A stretch of DNA of 64,000 bases. Source: the human T2T-CHM13v2.0 reference genome, Homo sapiens. Numbering within the stretch: position 1 is the stretch's first letter; every line of letters begins with the position of its first letter. This document shows positions 41,501 to 56,500 of the stretch, one piece after another. The translations under genes and the position numbers were made by a program. Below the pieces are notes generated by a model. It saw nothing but the letters and a program-made list of their open reading frames with translations. It made no database searches and was not told where the DNA came from. The DNA is taken from assembly GCF_009914755.1 (NCBI RefSeq), contig NC_060941.1; one strand, 5' to 3'.

Positions 41501-44500
41501 TAGAAACTGCAAGGGGATAATTGCACTCTTTGAGGAGTACCGTAGTAAAGGAAATAACTTCCTATAAAAAGAAGACAGAAGCTTTCTCAGAAAATTCTTT
41601 GGGATGATTGAGTTGAACTCACAGAGCTGAGCATTCCTTGCGATGTAGCAGTTTAGAAACACACTTTCTGCAGAATCTGCAAGTGCATATTTGGACCTCT
41701 GTGAGGAATTCGTTGGAAACGGGATAATTTCAGCTGACTAAACAGAAGCAGTCTCAGAATCTTCTTTGTGATGTTTGCATTCAAATCCCCGAGTTGAACT
41801 TTCCTTTCAAAGTTCACGTTTGAAACACTCTTTTTGCAGGATCTACAAGTGGATATTTGGACCACTCTGTGTCCTTCGTTCGAAACGGGTATATCTTCAC
41901 ATGACATCTAGACAGAAGCATCCTCAGAAGCTTCTCTGTGATGACTGCATTCAACTCACGGAGTTGAACACTCCTTTTGAGAGCGCAGTTTTGAAACTCT
42001 CTTTCTGTGGCATCTGCAAGGGGACATGTAGACCTCTTTGAAGATTTCGTTGGAAACGGAATCATCTTCACATAAAAACTATACAGATGCATTCTCAGGA
42101 ACTTTTTGGTGATGTTTGTATTCAACTCCCAGAGTTGAACTTTCCTTTGGAAAGAGCAGCTATGAAACACTCTTTTTCTAGAATCTGCAAGTGGACGTTT
42201 GGAGGGCTTTGTGGTTTGTGGTGGAAAAGGAAATATCTTCACCTAAATACTAGATAGAAGCATTCTCAGAAACTGCTTTGTGATGATTGCATTCACCTCA
42301 CAGAGTTGAACATTCCTATTGATAGAGCAGTTTGGAAACACTCTTGTTGTGGAATGTGCAAGTGGAGATTTGGAGCGCTTTGAGGCCTATGGTAGTAAAG
42401 GGAATAGCTTCATAGAAAAACTAGACAGAAGCATTCTCAGAAAATACTTTGTGATGATTGAGTTTAACTCACAGAGCTGAACATTCCTTTGGATGGAGCA
42501 GGTTTGAGACACACCTTTTGTAGAATCTACAAGTGGATATTTGGACCTCTCTGAGGATTTCGTTGGAAACGGGATAACTGCACCTAACTAAACGGAAGCA
42601 TTCTCAGAAACTTCTTGGTGATGTTTGCATTCAAATCCCAGAGTTGAACCTTCCTTTGATAGTTCAGGTTTGAAACACTCTTTTTGTAGGATCTGCAAGT
42701 GGATATTTGGACCACTCTGTGGCCTTCGTTCGAAACGGGTATATCTTCGCATAAAATCTAGACAGAAGCCTTCTCAGAAACTTCTCTGTGATGATTGCAT
42801 TCAACTCACAGAGTTGAACCCTCCTATGGATAGAGCAGTGTTGAAACTCTCTTTTTGTGGAATCTGCAAGTGGATATGTGGACCTCTCCGAAGATGTCTT
42901 TGGAAACGGGAATATCTTCACATAAAAACTAAACAGAAGCATTCTCAGAAACTTCTCTGTGATGTTTGTGTTCAACTCCCAGAGTTTCACATTGCTTTTC
43001 ATAGAGTAGTTCTGAAACATGCTTTTCGTAGTGTCTACAAGTGGACATTTGGAGCGCTTTCAGGCCTGTGGTGGAAAACGAATTATGGTCACATAAAAAC
43101 TGGAGAGAAGCATTGTCAGAAACTTCTTTGTGATGATTGCATTCAACTCACAGAGTTGAAGGTTCCTTTTCAAAGAGCAGTTTCCAATCACTCTTTCTGT
43201 GGAATCTGCAAGTGGATATTTGGACCTATTTTGAAGATTTCGTTGGAAACGGGAGAATCTTCACAGGAAAGCTAAACAGAAGCATTCTCAGAAACTTCTT
43301 TGTGATGCTTGCATTCAACTCACAGAGTTGAACTTTCCTTTCGAGAGAGAAGCTTTGAAACACTCTTTTTCCAGAATCTGCAAGTGGACATTTGGAGGGC
43401 TTTGAGGCCTGTGGTGGAAAAGGAATTATCTTCCCGTAAAAGCTAGATAGAAGCATTCTCAGAAACTACTTTGTGATGATTGCATTCAAGTCACAGAGTT
43501 GAACATTCCCTTTGACAGAGCAGTTTGGAAACTCTCTTTGTGTAGAATCTGCAAGTGGAGATATGGACCGCTTTGAGGCCTATGGTAGTAAAGGAAATAG
43601 CTTCATATAAAAGCTAGACAGTAGCATTCACAGAAAACTCTTGGTGACGACTGAGTTTAACTCACAGAGCTGAACATTCCTTTGGATGGAGCAGTTTCGA
43701 AACACACTATTTGTAGAATGTGCAAGTGGATATTTAGGCCTCTCTGAGGATTTCGTTGGAAACGGGTTAAACCGCACAGAACTAAACAGAAGCATTCTCA
43801 GAACCTTCTTCGTGATGTTTGCATTCAACTCACAGTGTTGAACCTTTCTTTGATAGTTCAGGTTTGAAACGGTCTTTCTGTAGAAACTGCAAGTAGATAT
43901 TTGGACCTCTCTGAGGATTTCGTTGGAAACGGGATAACCCGCACAGAACTAAAACAGAAGCATTCTCAGAACCCTCTTCGTGATGTTTGCATTCAACTCA
44001 CAGTGCTGAACCTTTCTTTGATAGTTCAGCTTTGAAACACTCTTTTTGTAGAAACTGCAAGTGGATATTTGGTCCTCTCTGAGGAATTCGTTGGAAACGG
44101 GATAAACTGCACAGAACTAAACAGAAGCATTCTCAGAACCTTCTTCGTGATGTCTGCATTCAACTCACAGTGTGGAACCTTTCTTTGATAGTTCAGGTTT
44201 GAAACACTCTTTTTGTAGAAACTGCAAGGGGATAATTGCACTCTTTGAGGAGTACCGTAGTAAAGGAAATAACTTCCTATAAAAAGAAGACAGAAGCTTT
44301 CTCAGAAAATTCTTTGGGATGATTGAGTTGAACTCACAGAGCTGAGCATTCCTTGCGATGTAGCAGTTTAGAAACACACTTTCTGCAGAATCTGCAAGTG
44401 CATATTTGGACCTCTGTGAGGAATTCGTTGGAAACGGGATAATTTCAGCTGACTAAACAGAAGCAGTCTCAGAATCTTCTTTGTGATGTTTGCATTCAAA

Positions 44501-47500
44501 TCCCCGAGTTGAACTTTCCTTTCAAAGTTCACGTTTGAAACACTCTTTTTGCAGGATCTACAAGTGGATATTTGGACCACTCTGTGTCCTTCGTTCGAAA
44601 CGGGTATATCTTCACATGACATCTAGACAGAAGCATCCTCAGAAGCTTCTCTGTGATGACTGCATTCAACTCACGGAGTTGAACACTCCTTTTGAGAGCG
44701 CAGTTTTGAAACTCTCTTTCTGTGGCATCTGCAAGGGGACATGTAGACCTCTTTGAAGATTTCGTTGGAAACGGAATCATCTTCACATAAAAACTACACA
44801 GATGCATTCTCAGGAACTTTTTGGTGATGTTTGTATTCAACTCCCAGAGTTGAACTTTCCTTTGGAAAGAGCAGCTATGAAACACTGTTTTTCTAGAATC
44901 TGCAAGTGGACGTTTGGAGGGCTTTGTGGTTTGTGGTGGAAAAGGAAATATCTTCACCTAAATACTAGATAGAAGCATTCTCAGAAACTGCTTTGTGATG
45001 ATTGCATTCACCTCACAGAGTTGAACATTCCTATTGATAGAGCAGTTTGGAAACACTCTTGTTGTGGAATGTGCAAGTGGAGATTTGGAGCGCTTTGAGG
45101 CCTATGGTAGTAAAGGGAATAGCTTCATAGAAAAACTAGACAGAAGCATTCTCAGAAAATACTTTGTGATGATTGAGTTTAACTCACAGAGCTGAACATT
45201 CCTTTGGATGGAGCAGGTTTGAGACACACTTTTTGTAGAATCTACAAGTGGATATTTGGACCTCTCTGAGGATTTCGTTGGAAACGGGATAACTGCACCT
45301 AACTAAACGGAAGCATTCTCAGAAACTTCTTGGTGATGTTTGCATTCAAATCCCAGAGTTGAACCTTCCTTTGATAGTTCAGGTTTGCAACACTCTTTTT
45401 GTAGGATCTGCAAGTGGATATTTGGACCACTCTGTGGCCTTCGTTCGAAACGGGTATATCTTCGCATAAAATCTAGACAGAAGCCTTCTCAGAAACTTCT
45501 CTGTGATGATTGCATTCAACTCACAGAGTTGAACCCTCCTATGGATAGAGCAGTGTTGAAACTCTCTTTTTGTGGAATCTGCAAGTGGATACGTGGACCT
45601 CTCCGAAGATGTCTTTGGAAACGGGAATATCTTCACATAAAAACTAAACAGAAGCATTCTCAGAAACTTCTCTGTGATGTTTGTGTTCAACTCCCAGAGT
45701 TTCACATTGCTTTTCATAGAGTAGTTCTGAAACATGCTTTTCGTAGTGTCTACAAGTGGACATTTGGAGCGCTTTCAGGCCTGTGGTGGAAAACGAATTA
45801 TGGTCACATAAAAACTGGAGAGAAGCATTGTCAGAAACTTCTTTGTGATGATTGCATTCAACTCACAGAGTTGAAGGTTCCTTTTCAAAGAGCAGTTTCC
45901 AATCACTCTTTCTGTGGAATCTGCAAGTGGATATTTGGACCTATTTTGAAGATTTCGTTGGAAACGGGAGAATCTTCACAGGAAAGCTAAACAGAAGCAT
46001 TCTCAGAAACTTCTTTGTGATGCTTGCATTCAACTCACAGAGTTGAACTTTCCTTTCGAGAGAGAAGCTTTGAAACACTCTTTCTCCAGAATCTGCAAGT
46101 GGACATTTGGAGGGCTTTGAGGCCTGTGGTGGAAAAGGAATTATCTTCCCGTAAAAGCTAGATAGAAGCATTCTCAGAAACTACTTTGTGATGATTGCAT
46201 TCAAGTCACAGAGTTGAACATTCCCTTTGACAGAGCAGTTTGGAAACTCTCTTTGTGTAGAATCTGCAAGTGGAGATATGGACCGCTTTGAGGCCTATGG
46301 TAGTAAAGGAAATAGCTTCATATAAAAGCTAGACAGTAGCATTCACAGAAAACTCTTGGTGACGACTGAGTTTAACTCACAGAGCTGAACATTCCTTTGG
46401 ATGGAGCAGTTTCGAAACACACTATTTGTAGAATGTGCAAGTGGATATTTAGGCCTCTCTGAGGATTTCGTTGGAAACGGGATAAACCGCACAGAACTAA
46501 ACAGAAGCATTCTCAGAACCTTCTTCGTGATGTTTGCATTCAACTCACAGTGTTGAACCTTTCTTTGATAGTTCAGGTTTGAAACGGTCTTTCTGTAGAA
46601 ACTGCAAGTAGATATTTGGACCTCTCTGAGGATTTCGTTGGAAACGGGATAACCCGCACAGAACTAAAACAGAAGCATTCTCAGAACCCTCTTCGTGATG
46701 TTTGCATTCAACTCACAGTGCTGAACCTTTCTTTGATAGTTCAGCTTTGAAACACTCTTTTTGTAGAAACTGCAAGTGGATATTTGGTCCTCTCTGAGGA
46801 ATTCGTTGGAAACGGGATAAACTGCACAGAACTAAACAGAAGCATTCTCAGAACCTTCTTCGTGATGTCTGCATTCAACTCACAGTGTGGAACCTTTCTT
46901 TGATAGTTCAGGTTTGAAACACTCTTTTTGTAGAAACTGCAAGGGGATAATTGCACTCTTTGAGGAGTACCGTAGTAAAGGAAATAACTTCCTATAAAAA
47001 GAAGACAGAAGCTTTCTCAGAAAATTCTTTGGGATGATTGAGTTGAACTCACAGAGCTGAGCATTCCTTGCGATGTAGCAGTTTAGAAACACACTTTCTG
47101 CAGAATCTGCAAGTGCATATTTGGACCTCTGTGAGGAATTCGTTGGAAACGGGATAATTTCAGCTGACTAAACAGAAGCAGTCTCAGAATCTTCTTTGTG
47201 ATGTTTGCATTCAAATCCCCGAGTTGAACTTTCCTTTCAAAGTTCACGTTTGAAACACTCTTTTTGCAGGATCTACAAGTGGATATTTGGACCACTCTGT
47301 GTCCTTCGTTCGAAACGGGTATATCTTCACATGACATCTAGACAGAAGCATCCTCAGAAGCTTCTCTGTGATGACTGCATTCAACTCACGGAGTTGAACA
47401 CTCCTTTTGAGAGCGCAGTTTTGAAACTCTCTTTCTGTGGCATCTGCAAGGGGACATGTAGACCTCTTTGAAGATTTCGTTGGAAACGGAATCATCTTCA

Positions 47501-50500
47501 CATAAAAACTACACAGATGCATTCTCAGGAACTTTTTGGTGATGTTTGTATTCAACTCCCAGAGTTGAACTTTCCTTTGGAAAGAGCAGCTATGAAACAC
47601 TGTTTTTCTAGAATCTGCAAGTGGACGTTTGGAGGGCTTTGTGGTTTGTGGTGGAAAAGGAAATATCTTCACCTAAATACTAGATAGAAGCATTCTCAGA
47701 AACTGCTTTGTGATGATTGCATTCACCTCACAGAGTTGAACATTCCTATTGATAGAGCAGTTTGGAAACACTCTTGTTGTGGAATGTGCAAGTGGAGATT
47801 TGGAGCGCTTTGAGGCCTATGGTAGTAAAGGGAATAGCTTCATAGAAAAACTAGACAGAAGCATTCTCAGAAAATACTTTGTGATGATTGAGTTTAACTC
47901 ACAGAGCTGAACATTCCTTTGGATGGAGCAGGTTTGAGACACACTTTTTGTAGAATCTACAAGTGGATATTTGGACCTCTCTGAGGATTTCGTTGGAAAC
48001 GCGATAACTGCACCTAACTAAACGGAAGCATTCTCAGAAACTTCTTGGTGATGTTTGCATTCAAATCCCAGAGTTGAACCTTCCTTTGATAGTTCAGGTT
48101 TGAAACACTCTTTTTGTAGGATCTGCAAGTGGATATTTGGACCACTCTGTGGCCTTCGTTCGAAACGGGTATATCTTCGCATAAAATCTAGACAGAAGCC
48201 TTCTCAGAAACTTCTCTGTGATGATTGCATTCAACTCACAGAGTTGAACCCTCCTATGGATAGAGCAGTGTTGAAACTCTCTTTTTGTGGAATCTGCAAG
48301 TGGCTACGTGGACCTCTCCGAAGATGTCTTTGGAAACGGGAATATCTTCACATAAAAACTAAACAGAAGCATTCTCAGAAACTTCTCTGTGATGTTTGTG
48401 TTCAACTCCCAGAGTTTCACATTGCTTTTCATAGAGTAGTTCTGAAACATGCTTTTCGTAGTGTCTACAAGTGGACATTTGGAGCGCTTTCAGGCCTGTG
48501 GTGGAAAACGAATTATGGTCACATAAAAACTGGAGAGAAGCATTGTCAGAAACTTCTTTGTGATGATTGCATTCAACTCACAGAGTTGAAGGTTCCTTTT
48601 CAAAGAGCAGTTTCCAATCACTCTTTCTGTGGAATCTGCAAGTGGATATTTGGACCTATTTTGAAGATTTCGTTGGAAACGGGAGAATCTTCACAGAAAA
48701 GCTAAACAGAAGCATTCTCAGAAACTTCTTTGTGATGCTTGCATTCAACTCACAGAGTTGAACTTTCCTTTCGAGAGAGAAGCTTTGAAACACTCTTTTT
48801 CCAGAATCTGCAAGTGGACATTTGGAGGGCTTTGAGGCCTGTGGTGGAAAAGGAATTATCTTCCCGTAAAAGCTAGATAGAAGCATTCTCAGAAACTACT
48901 TTGTGATGATTGCATTCAAGTCACAGAGTTGAACATTCCCTTTGACAGAGCAGTTTGGAAACTCTCTTTGTGTAGAATCTGCAAGTGGAGATATGGACCG
49001 CTTTGAGGCCTATGGTAGTAAAGGAAATAGCTTCATATAAAAGCTAGACAGTAGCATTCACAGAAAACTCTTGGTGACGACTGAGTTTAACTCACAGAGC
49101 TGAACATTCCTTTGGATGGAGCAGTTTCGAAACACACTATTTGTAGAATGTGCAAGTGGATATTTAGGCCTCTCTGAGGATTTCGTTGGAAACGGGATAA
49201 ACCGCACAGAACTAAACAGAAGCATCCTCAGAACCTTCTTCGTGATGTTTGCATTCAACTCACAGTGTTGAACCTTTCTTTGATAGTTCAGGTTTGAAAC
49301 GGTCTTTCTGTAGAAACTGCAAGTAGATATTTGGACCTCTCTGAGGATTTCGTTGGAAACGGGATAACCCGCACAGAACTAAAACAGAAGCATTCTCAGA
49401 ACCCTCTTCGTGATGTTTGCATTCAACTCACAGTGCTGAACCTTTCTTTGATAGTTCAGCTTTGAAACACTCTTTTTGTAGAAACTGCAAGTGGATATTT
49501 GGTCCTCTCTGAGGAATTCGTTGGAAACGGGATAAACTGCACAGAACTAAACAGAAGCATTCTCAGAACCTTCTTCGTGATGTCTGCATTCAACTCACAG
49601 TGTGGAACCTTTCTTTGATAGTTCAGGTTTGAAACACTCTTTTTGTAGAAACTGCAAGGGGATAATTGCACTCTTTGAGGAGTACCGTAGTAAAGGAAAT
49701 AACTTCCTATAAAAAGAAGACAGAAGCTTTCTCAGAAAATTCTTTGGGATGATTGAGTTGAACTCACAGAGCTGAGCATTCCTTGCGATGTAGCAGTTTA
49801 GAAACACACTTTCTGCAGAATCTGCAAGTGCATATTTGGACCTCTGTGAGGAATTCGTTGGAAACGGGATAATTTCAGCTGACTAAACAGAAGCAGTCTC
49901 AGAATCTTCTTTGTGATGTTTGCATTCAAATCCCCGAGTTGAACTTTCCTTTCAAAGTTCACGTTTGAAACACTCTTTTTGCAGGATCTACAAGTGGATA
50001 TTTGGACCACTCTGTGTCCTTCGTTCGAAACGGGTATATCTTCACATGACATCTAGACAGAAGCATCCTCAGAAGCTTCTCTGTGATGACTGCATTCAAC
50101 TCACGGAGTTGAACACTCCTTTTGAGAGCGCAGTTTTGAAACTCTCTTTCTGTGGCATCTGCAAGGGGACATGTAGACCTCTTTGAAGATTTCGTTGGAA
50201 ACGGAATCATCTTCACATAAAAACTATACAGATGCATTCTCAGGAACTTTTTGGTGATGTTTGTATTCAACTCCCAGAGTTGAACTTTCCTTTGGAAAGA
50301 GCAGCTATGAAACACTCTTTTTCTAGAATCTGCAAGTGGACGTTTGGAGGGCTTTGTGGTTTGTGGTGGAAAAGGAAATATCTTCACCTAAATACTAGAT
50401 AGAAGCATTCTCAGAAACTGCTTTGTGATGATTGCATTCACCTCACAGAGTTGAACATTCCTATTGATAGAGCAGTTTGGAAACACTCTTGTTGTGGAAT

Positions 50501-53500
50501 GTGCAAGTGGAGATTTGGAGCGCTTTGAGGCCTATGGTAGTAAAGGGAATAGCTTCATAGAAAAACTAGACAGAAGCATTCTCAGAAAATACTTTGTGAT
50601 GATTGAGTTTAACTCACAGAGCTGAACATTCCTTTGGATGGAGCAGGTTTGAGACACACCTTTTGTAGAATCTACAAGTGGATATTTGGACCTCTCTGAG
50701 GATTTCGTTGGAAACGGGATAACTGCACCTAACTAAACGGAAGCATTCTCAGAAACTTCTTGGTGATGTTTGCATTCAAATCCCAGAGTTGAACCTTCCT
50801 TTGATAGTTCAGGTTTGAAACACTCTTTTTGTAGGATCTGCAAGTGGATATTTGGACCACTCTGTGGCCTTCGTTCGAAACGGGTATATCTTCGCATAAA
50901 ATCTAGACAGAAGCCTTCTCAGAAACTTCTCTGTGATGATTGCATTCAACTCACAGAGTTGAACCCTCCTATGGATAGAGCAGTGTTGAAACTCTCTTTT
51001 TGTGGAATCTGCAAGTGGATACGTGGACCTCTCCGAAGATGTCTTTGGAAACGGGAATATCTTCACATAAAAACTAAACAGAAGCATTCTCAGAAACTTC
51101 TCTGTGATGTTTGTGTTCAACTCCCAGAGTTTCACATTGCTTTTCATAGAGTAGTTCTGAAACATGCTTTTCGTAGTGTCTACAAGTGGACATTTGGAGC
51201 GCTTTCAGGCCTGTGGTGGAAAACGAATTATGGTCACATAAAAACTGGAGAGAAGCATTGTCAGAAACTTCTTTGTGATGATTGCATTCAACTCACAGAG
51301 TTGAAGGTTCCTTTTCAAAGAGCAGTTTCCAATCACTCTTTCTGTGGAATCTGCAAGTGGATATTTGGACCTATTTTGAAGATTTCGTTGGAAACGGGAG
51401 AATCTTCACAGGAAAGCTAAACAGAAGCATTCTCAGAAACTTCTTTGTGATGCTTGCATTCAACTCACAGAGTTGAACTTTCCTTTCGAGAGAGAAGCTT
51501 TGAAACACTCTTTTTCCAGAATCTGCAAGTGGACATTTGGAGGGCTTTGAGGCCTGTGGTGGAAAAGGAATTATCTTCCCGTAAAAGCTAGATAGAAGCA
51601 TTCTCAGAAACTACTTTGTGATGATTGCATTCAAGTCACAGAGTTGAACATTCCCTTTGACAGAGCAGTTTGGAAACTCTCTATGTGTAGAATCTGCAAG
51701 TGGAGATATGGACCGCTTTGAGGCCTATGGTAGTAAAGGAAATAGCTTCATATAAAAGCTAGACAGTAGCATTCACAGAAAACTCTTGGTGACGACTGAG
51801 TTTAACTCACAGAGCTGAACATTCCTTTGGATGGAGCAGTTTCGAAACACACTATTTGTAGAATGTGCAAGTGGATATTTAGGCCTCTCTGAGGATTTCG
51901 TTGGAAACGGGTTAAACCGCACAGAACTAAACAGAAGCATTCTCAGAACCTTCTTCGTGATGTTTGCATTCAACTCACAGTGTTGAACCTTTCTTTGATA
52001 GTTCAGGTTTGAAACGGTCTTTCTGTAGAAACTGCAAGTAGATATTTGGACCTCTCTGAGGATTTCGTTGGAAACGGGATAACCCGCACAGAACTAAAAC
52101 AGAAGCATTCTCAGAACCCTCTTCGTGATGTTTGCATTCAACTCACAGTGCTGAACCTTTCTTTGATAGTTCAGCTTTGAAACACTCTTTTTGTAGAAAC
52201 TGCAAGTGGATATTTGGTCCTCTCTGAGGAATTCGTTGGAAACGGGATAAACTGCACAGAACTAAACAGAAGCATTCTCAGAACCTTCTTCGTGATGTCT
52301 GCATTCAACTCACAGTGTGGAACCTTTCTTTGATAGTTCAGGTTTGAAACACTCTTTTTGTAGAAACTGCAAGGGGATAATTGCACTCTTTGAGGAGTAC
52401 CGTAGTAAAGGAAATAACTTCCTATAAAAAGAAGACAGAAGCTTTCTCAGAAAATTCTTTGGGATGATTGAGTTGAACTCACAGAGCTGAGCATTCCTTG
52501 CGATGTAGCAGTTTAGAAACACACTTTCTGCAGAATCTGCAAGTGCATATTTGGACCTCTGTGAGGAATTCGTTGGAAACGGGATAATTTCAGCTGACTA
52601 AACAGAAGCAGTCTCAGAATCTTCTTTGTGATGTTTGCATTCAAATCCCCGAGTTGAACTTTCCTTTCAAAGTTCACGTTTGAAACACTCTTTTTGCAGG
52701 ATCTACAAGTGGATATTTGGACCACTCTGTGTCCTTCGTTCGAAACGGGTATATCTTCACATGACATCTAGACAGAAGCATCCTCAGAAGCTTCTCTGTG
52801 ATGACTGCATTCAACTCACGGAGTTGAACACTCCTTTTGAGAGCGCAGTTTTGAAACTCTCTTTCTGTGGCATCTGCAAGGGGACATGTAGACCTCTTTG
52901 AAGATTTCGTTGGAAACGGAATCATCTTCACATAAAAACTACACAGATGCATTCTCAGGAACTTTTTGGTGATGTTTGTATTCAACTCCCAGAGTTGAAC
53001 TTTCCTTTGGAAAGAGCAGCTATGAAACACTGTTTTTCTAGAATCTGCAAGTGGACGTTTGGAGGGCTTTGTGGTTTGTGGTGGAAAAGGAAATATCTTC
53101 ACCTAAATACTAGATAGAAGCATTCTCAGAAACTGCTTTGTGATGATTGCATTCACCTCACAGAGTTGAACATTCCTATTGATAGAGCAGTTTGGAAACA
53201 CTCTTGTTGTGGAATGTGCAAGTGGAGATTTGGAGCGCTTTGAGGCCTATGGTAGTAAAGGGAATAGCTTCATAGAAAAACTAGACAGAAGCATTCTCAG
53301 AAAATACTTTGTGATGATTGAGTTTAACTCACAGAGCTGAACATTCCTTTGGATGGAGCAGGTTTGAGACACACTTTTTGTAGAATCTACAAGTGGATAT
53401 TTGGACCTCTCTGAGGATTTCGTTGGAAACGGGATAACTGCACCTAACTAAACGGAAGCATTCTCAGAAACTTCTTGGTGGTGTTTGCATTCAAATCCCA

Positions 53501-56500
53501 GAGTTGAACCTTCCTTTGATAGTTCAGGTTTGAAACACTCTTTTTGTAGGATCTGCAAGTGGATATTTGGACCACTCTGTGGCCTTCGTTCGAAACGGGT
53601 ATATCTTCGCATAAAATCTAGACAGAAGCCTTCTCAGAAACTTCTCTGTGATGATTGCATTCAACTCACAGAGTTGAACCCTCCTATGGATAGAGCAGTG
53701 TTGAAACTCTCTTTTTGTGGAATCTGCAAGTGGCTACGTGGACCTCTCCGAAGATGTCTTTGGAAACGGGAATATCTTCACATAAAAACTAAACAGAAGC
53801 ATTCTCAGAAACTTCTCTGTGATGTTTGTGTTCAACTCCCAGAGTTTCACATTGCTTTTCATAGAGTAGTTCTGAAACATGCTTTTCGTAGTGTCTACAA
53901 GTGGACATTTGGAGCGCTTTCAGGCCTGTGGTGGAAAACGAATTATGGTCACATAAAAACTGGAGAGAAGCATTGTCAGAAACTTCTTTGTGATGATTGC
54001 ATTCAACTCACAGAGTTGAAGGTTCCTTTTCAAAGAGCAGTTTCCAATCACTCTTTCTGTGGAATCTGCAAGTGGATATTTGGACCTATTTTGAAGATTT
54101 CGTTGGAAACGGGAGAATCTTCACAGGAAAGCTAAACAGAAGCATTCTCAGAAACTTCTTTGTGATGCTTGCATTCAACTCACAGAGTTGAACTTTCCTT
54201 TCGAGAGAGAAGCTTTGAAACACTCTTTTTCCAGAATCTGCAAGTGGACATTTGGAGGGCTTTGAGGCCTGTGGTGGAAAAGGAATTATCTTCCCGTAAA
54301 AGCTAGATAGAAGCATTCTCAGAAACTACTTTGTGATGATTGCATTCAAGTCACAGAGTTGAACATTCCCTTTGACAGAGCAGTTTGGAAACTCTCTTTG
54401 TGTAGAATCTGCAAGTGGAGATATGGACCGCTTTGAGGCCTATGGTAGTAAAGGAAATAGCTTCATATAAAAGCTAGACAGTAGCATTCACAGAAAACTC
54501 TTGGTGACGACTGAGTTTAACTCACAGAGCTGAACATTCCTTTGGATGGAGCAGTTTCGAAACACACTATTTGTAGAATGTGCAAGTGGATATTTAGGCC
54601 TCTCTGAGGATTTCGTTGGAAACGGGATAAACCGCACAGAACTAAACAGAAGCATTCTCAGAACCTTCTTCGTGATGTTTGCATTCAACTCACAGTGTTG
54701 AACCTTTCTTTGATAGTTCAGGTTTGAAACGGTCTTTCTGTAGAAACTGCAAGTAGATATTTGGACCTCTCTGAGGATTTCGTTGGAAACGGGATAACCC
54801 GCACAGAACTAAAACAGAAGCATTCTCAGAACCCTCTTCGTGATGTTTGCATTCAACTCACAGTGCTGAACCTTTCTTTGATAGTTCAGCTTTGAAACAC
54901 TCTTTTTGTGGAAACTGCAAGTGGATATTTGGTCCTCTCTGAGGAATTCGTTGGAAACGGGATAAACTGCACAGAACTAAACAGAAGCATTCTCAGAACC
55001 TTCTTCGTGATGTCTGCATTCAACTCACAGTGTGGAACCTTTCTTTGATAGTTCAGGTTTGAAACACTCTTTTTGTAGAAACTGCAAGGGGATAATTGCA
55101 CTCTTTGAGGAGTACCGTAGTAAAGGAAATAACTTCCTATAAAAAGAAGACAGAAGCTTTCTCAGAAAATTCTTTGGGATGATTGAGTTGAACTCACAGA
55201 GCTGAGCATTCCTTGCGATGTAGCAGTTTAGAAACACACTTTCTGCAGAATCTGCAAGTGCATATTTGGACCTCTGTGAGGAATTCGTTGGAAACGGGAT
55301 AATTTCAGCTGACTAAACAGAAGCAGTCTCAGAATCTTCTTTGTGATGTTTGCATTCAAATCCCCGAGTTGAACTTTCCTTTCAAAGTTCACGTTTGAAA
55401 CACTCTTTTTGCAGGATCTACAAGTGGATATTTGGACCACTCTGTGTCCTTCGTTCGAAACGGGTATATCTTCACATGACATCTAGACAGAAGCATCCTC
55501 AGAAGCTTCTCTGTGATGACTGCATTCAACTCACGGAGTTGAACACTCCTTTTGAGAGCGCAGTTTTGAAACTCTCTTTCTGTGGCATCTGCAAGGGGAC
55601 ATGTAGACCTCTTTGAAGATTTCGTTGGAAACGGAATCATCTTCACATAAAAACTACACAGATGCATTCTCAGGAACTTTTTGGTGATGTTTGTATTCAA
55701 CTCCCAGAGTTGAACTTTCCTTTGGAAAGAGCAGCTATGAAACACTCTTTTTCTAGAATCTGCAAGTGGACGTTTGGAGGGCTTTGTGGTTTGTGGTGGA
55801 AAAGGAAATATCTTCACCTAAATACTAGATAGAAGCATTCTCAGAAACTGCTTTGTGATGATTGCATTCACCTCACAGAGTTGAACATTCCTATTGATAG
55901 AGCAGTTTGGAAACACTCTTGTTGTGGAATGTGCAAGTGGAGATTTGGAGCGCTTTGAGGCCTATGGTAGTAAAGGGAATAGCTTCATAGAAAAACTAGA
56001 CAGAAGCATTCTCAGAAAATACTTTGTGATGATTGAGTTTAACTCACAGAGCTGAACATTCCTTTGGATGGAGCAGGTTTGAGACACACTTTTTGTAGAA
56101 TCTACAAGTGGATATTTGGACCTCTCTGAGGATTTCGTTGGAAACGGGATAACTGCACCTAACTAAACGGAAGCATTCTCAGAAACTTCTTGGTGATGTT
56201 TGCATTCAAATCCCAGAGTTGAACCTTCCTTTGATAGTTCAGGTTTGAAACACTCTTTTTGTAGGATCTGCAAGTGGATATTTGGACCACTCTGTGGCCT
56301 TCGTTCGAAACGGGTATATCTTCGCATAAAATCTAGACAGAAGCCTTCTCAGAAACTTCTCTGTGATGATTGCATTCAACTCACAGAGTTGAACCCTCCT
56401 ATGGATAGAGCAGTGTTGAAACTCTCTTTTTGTGGAATCTGCAAGTGGATACGTGGACCTCTCCGAAGATGTCTTTGGAAACGGGAATATCTTCACATAA

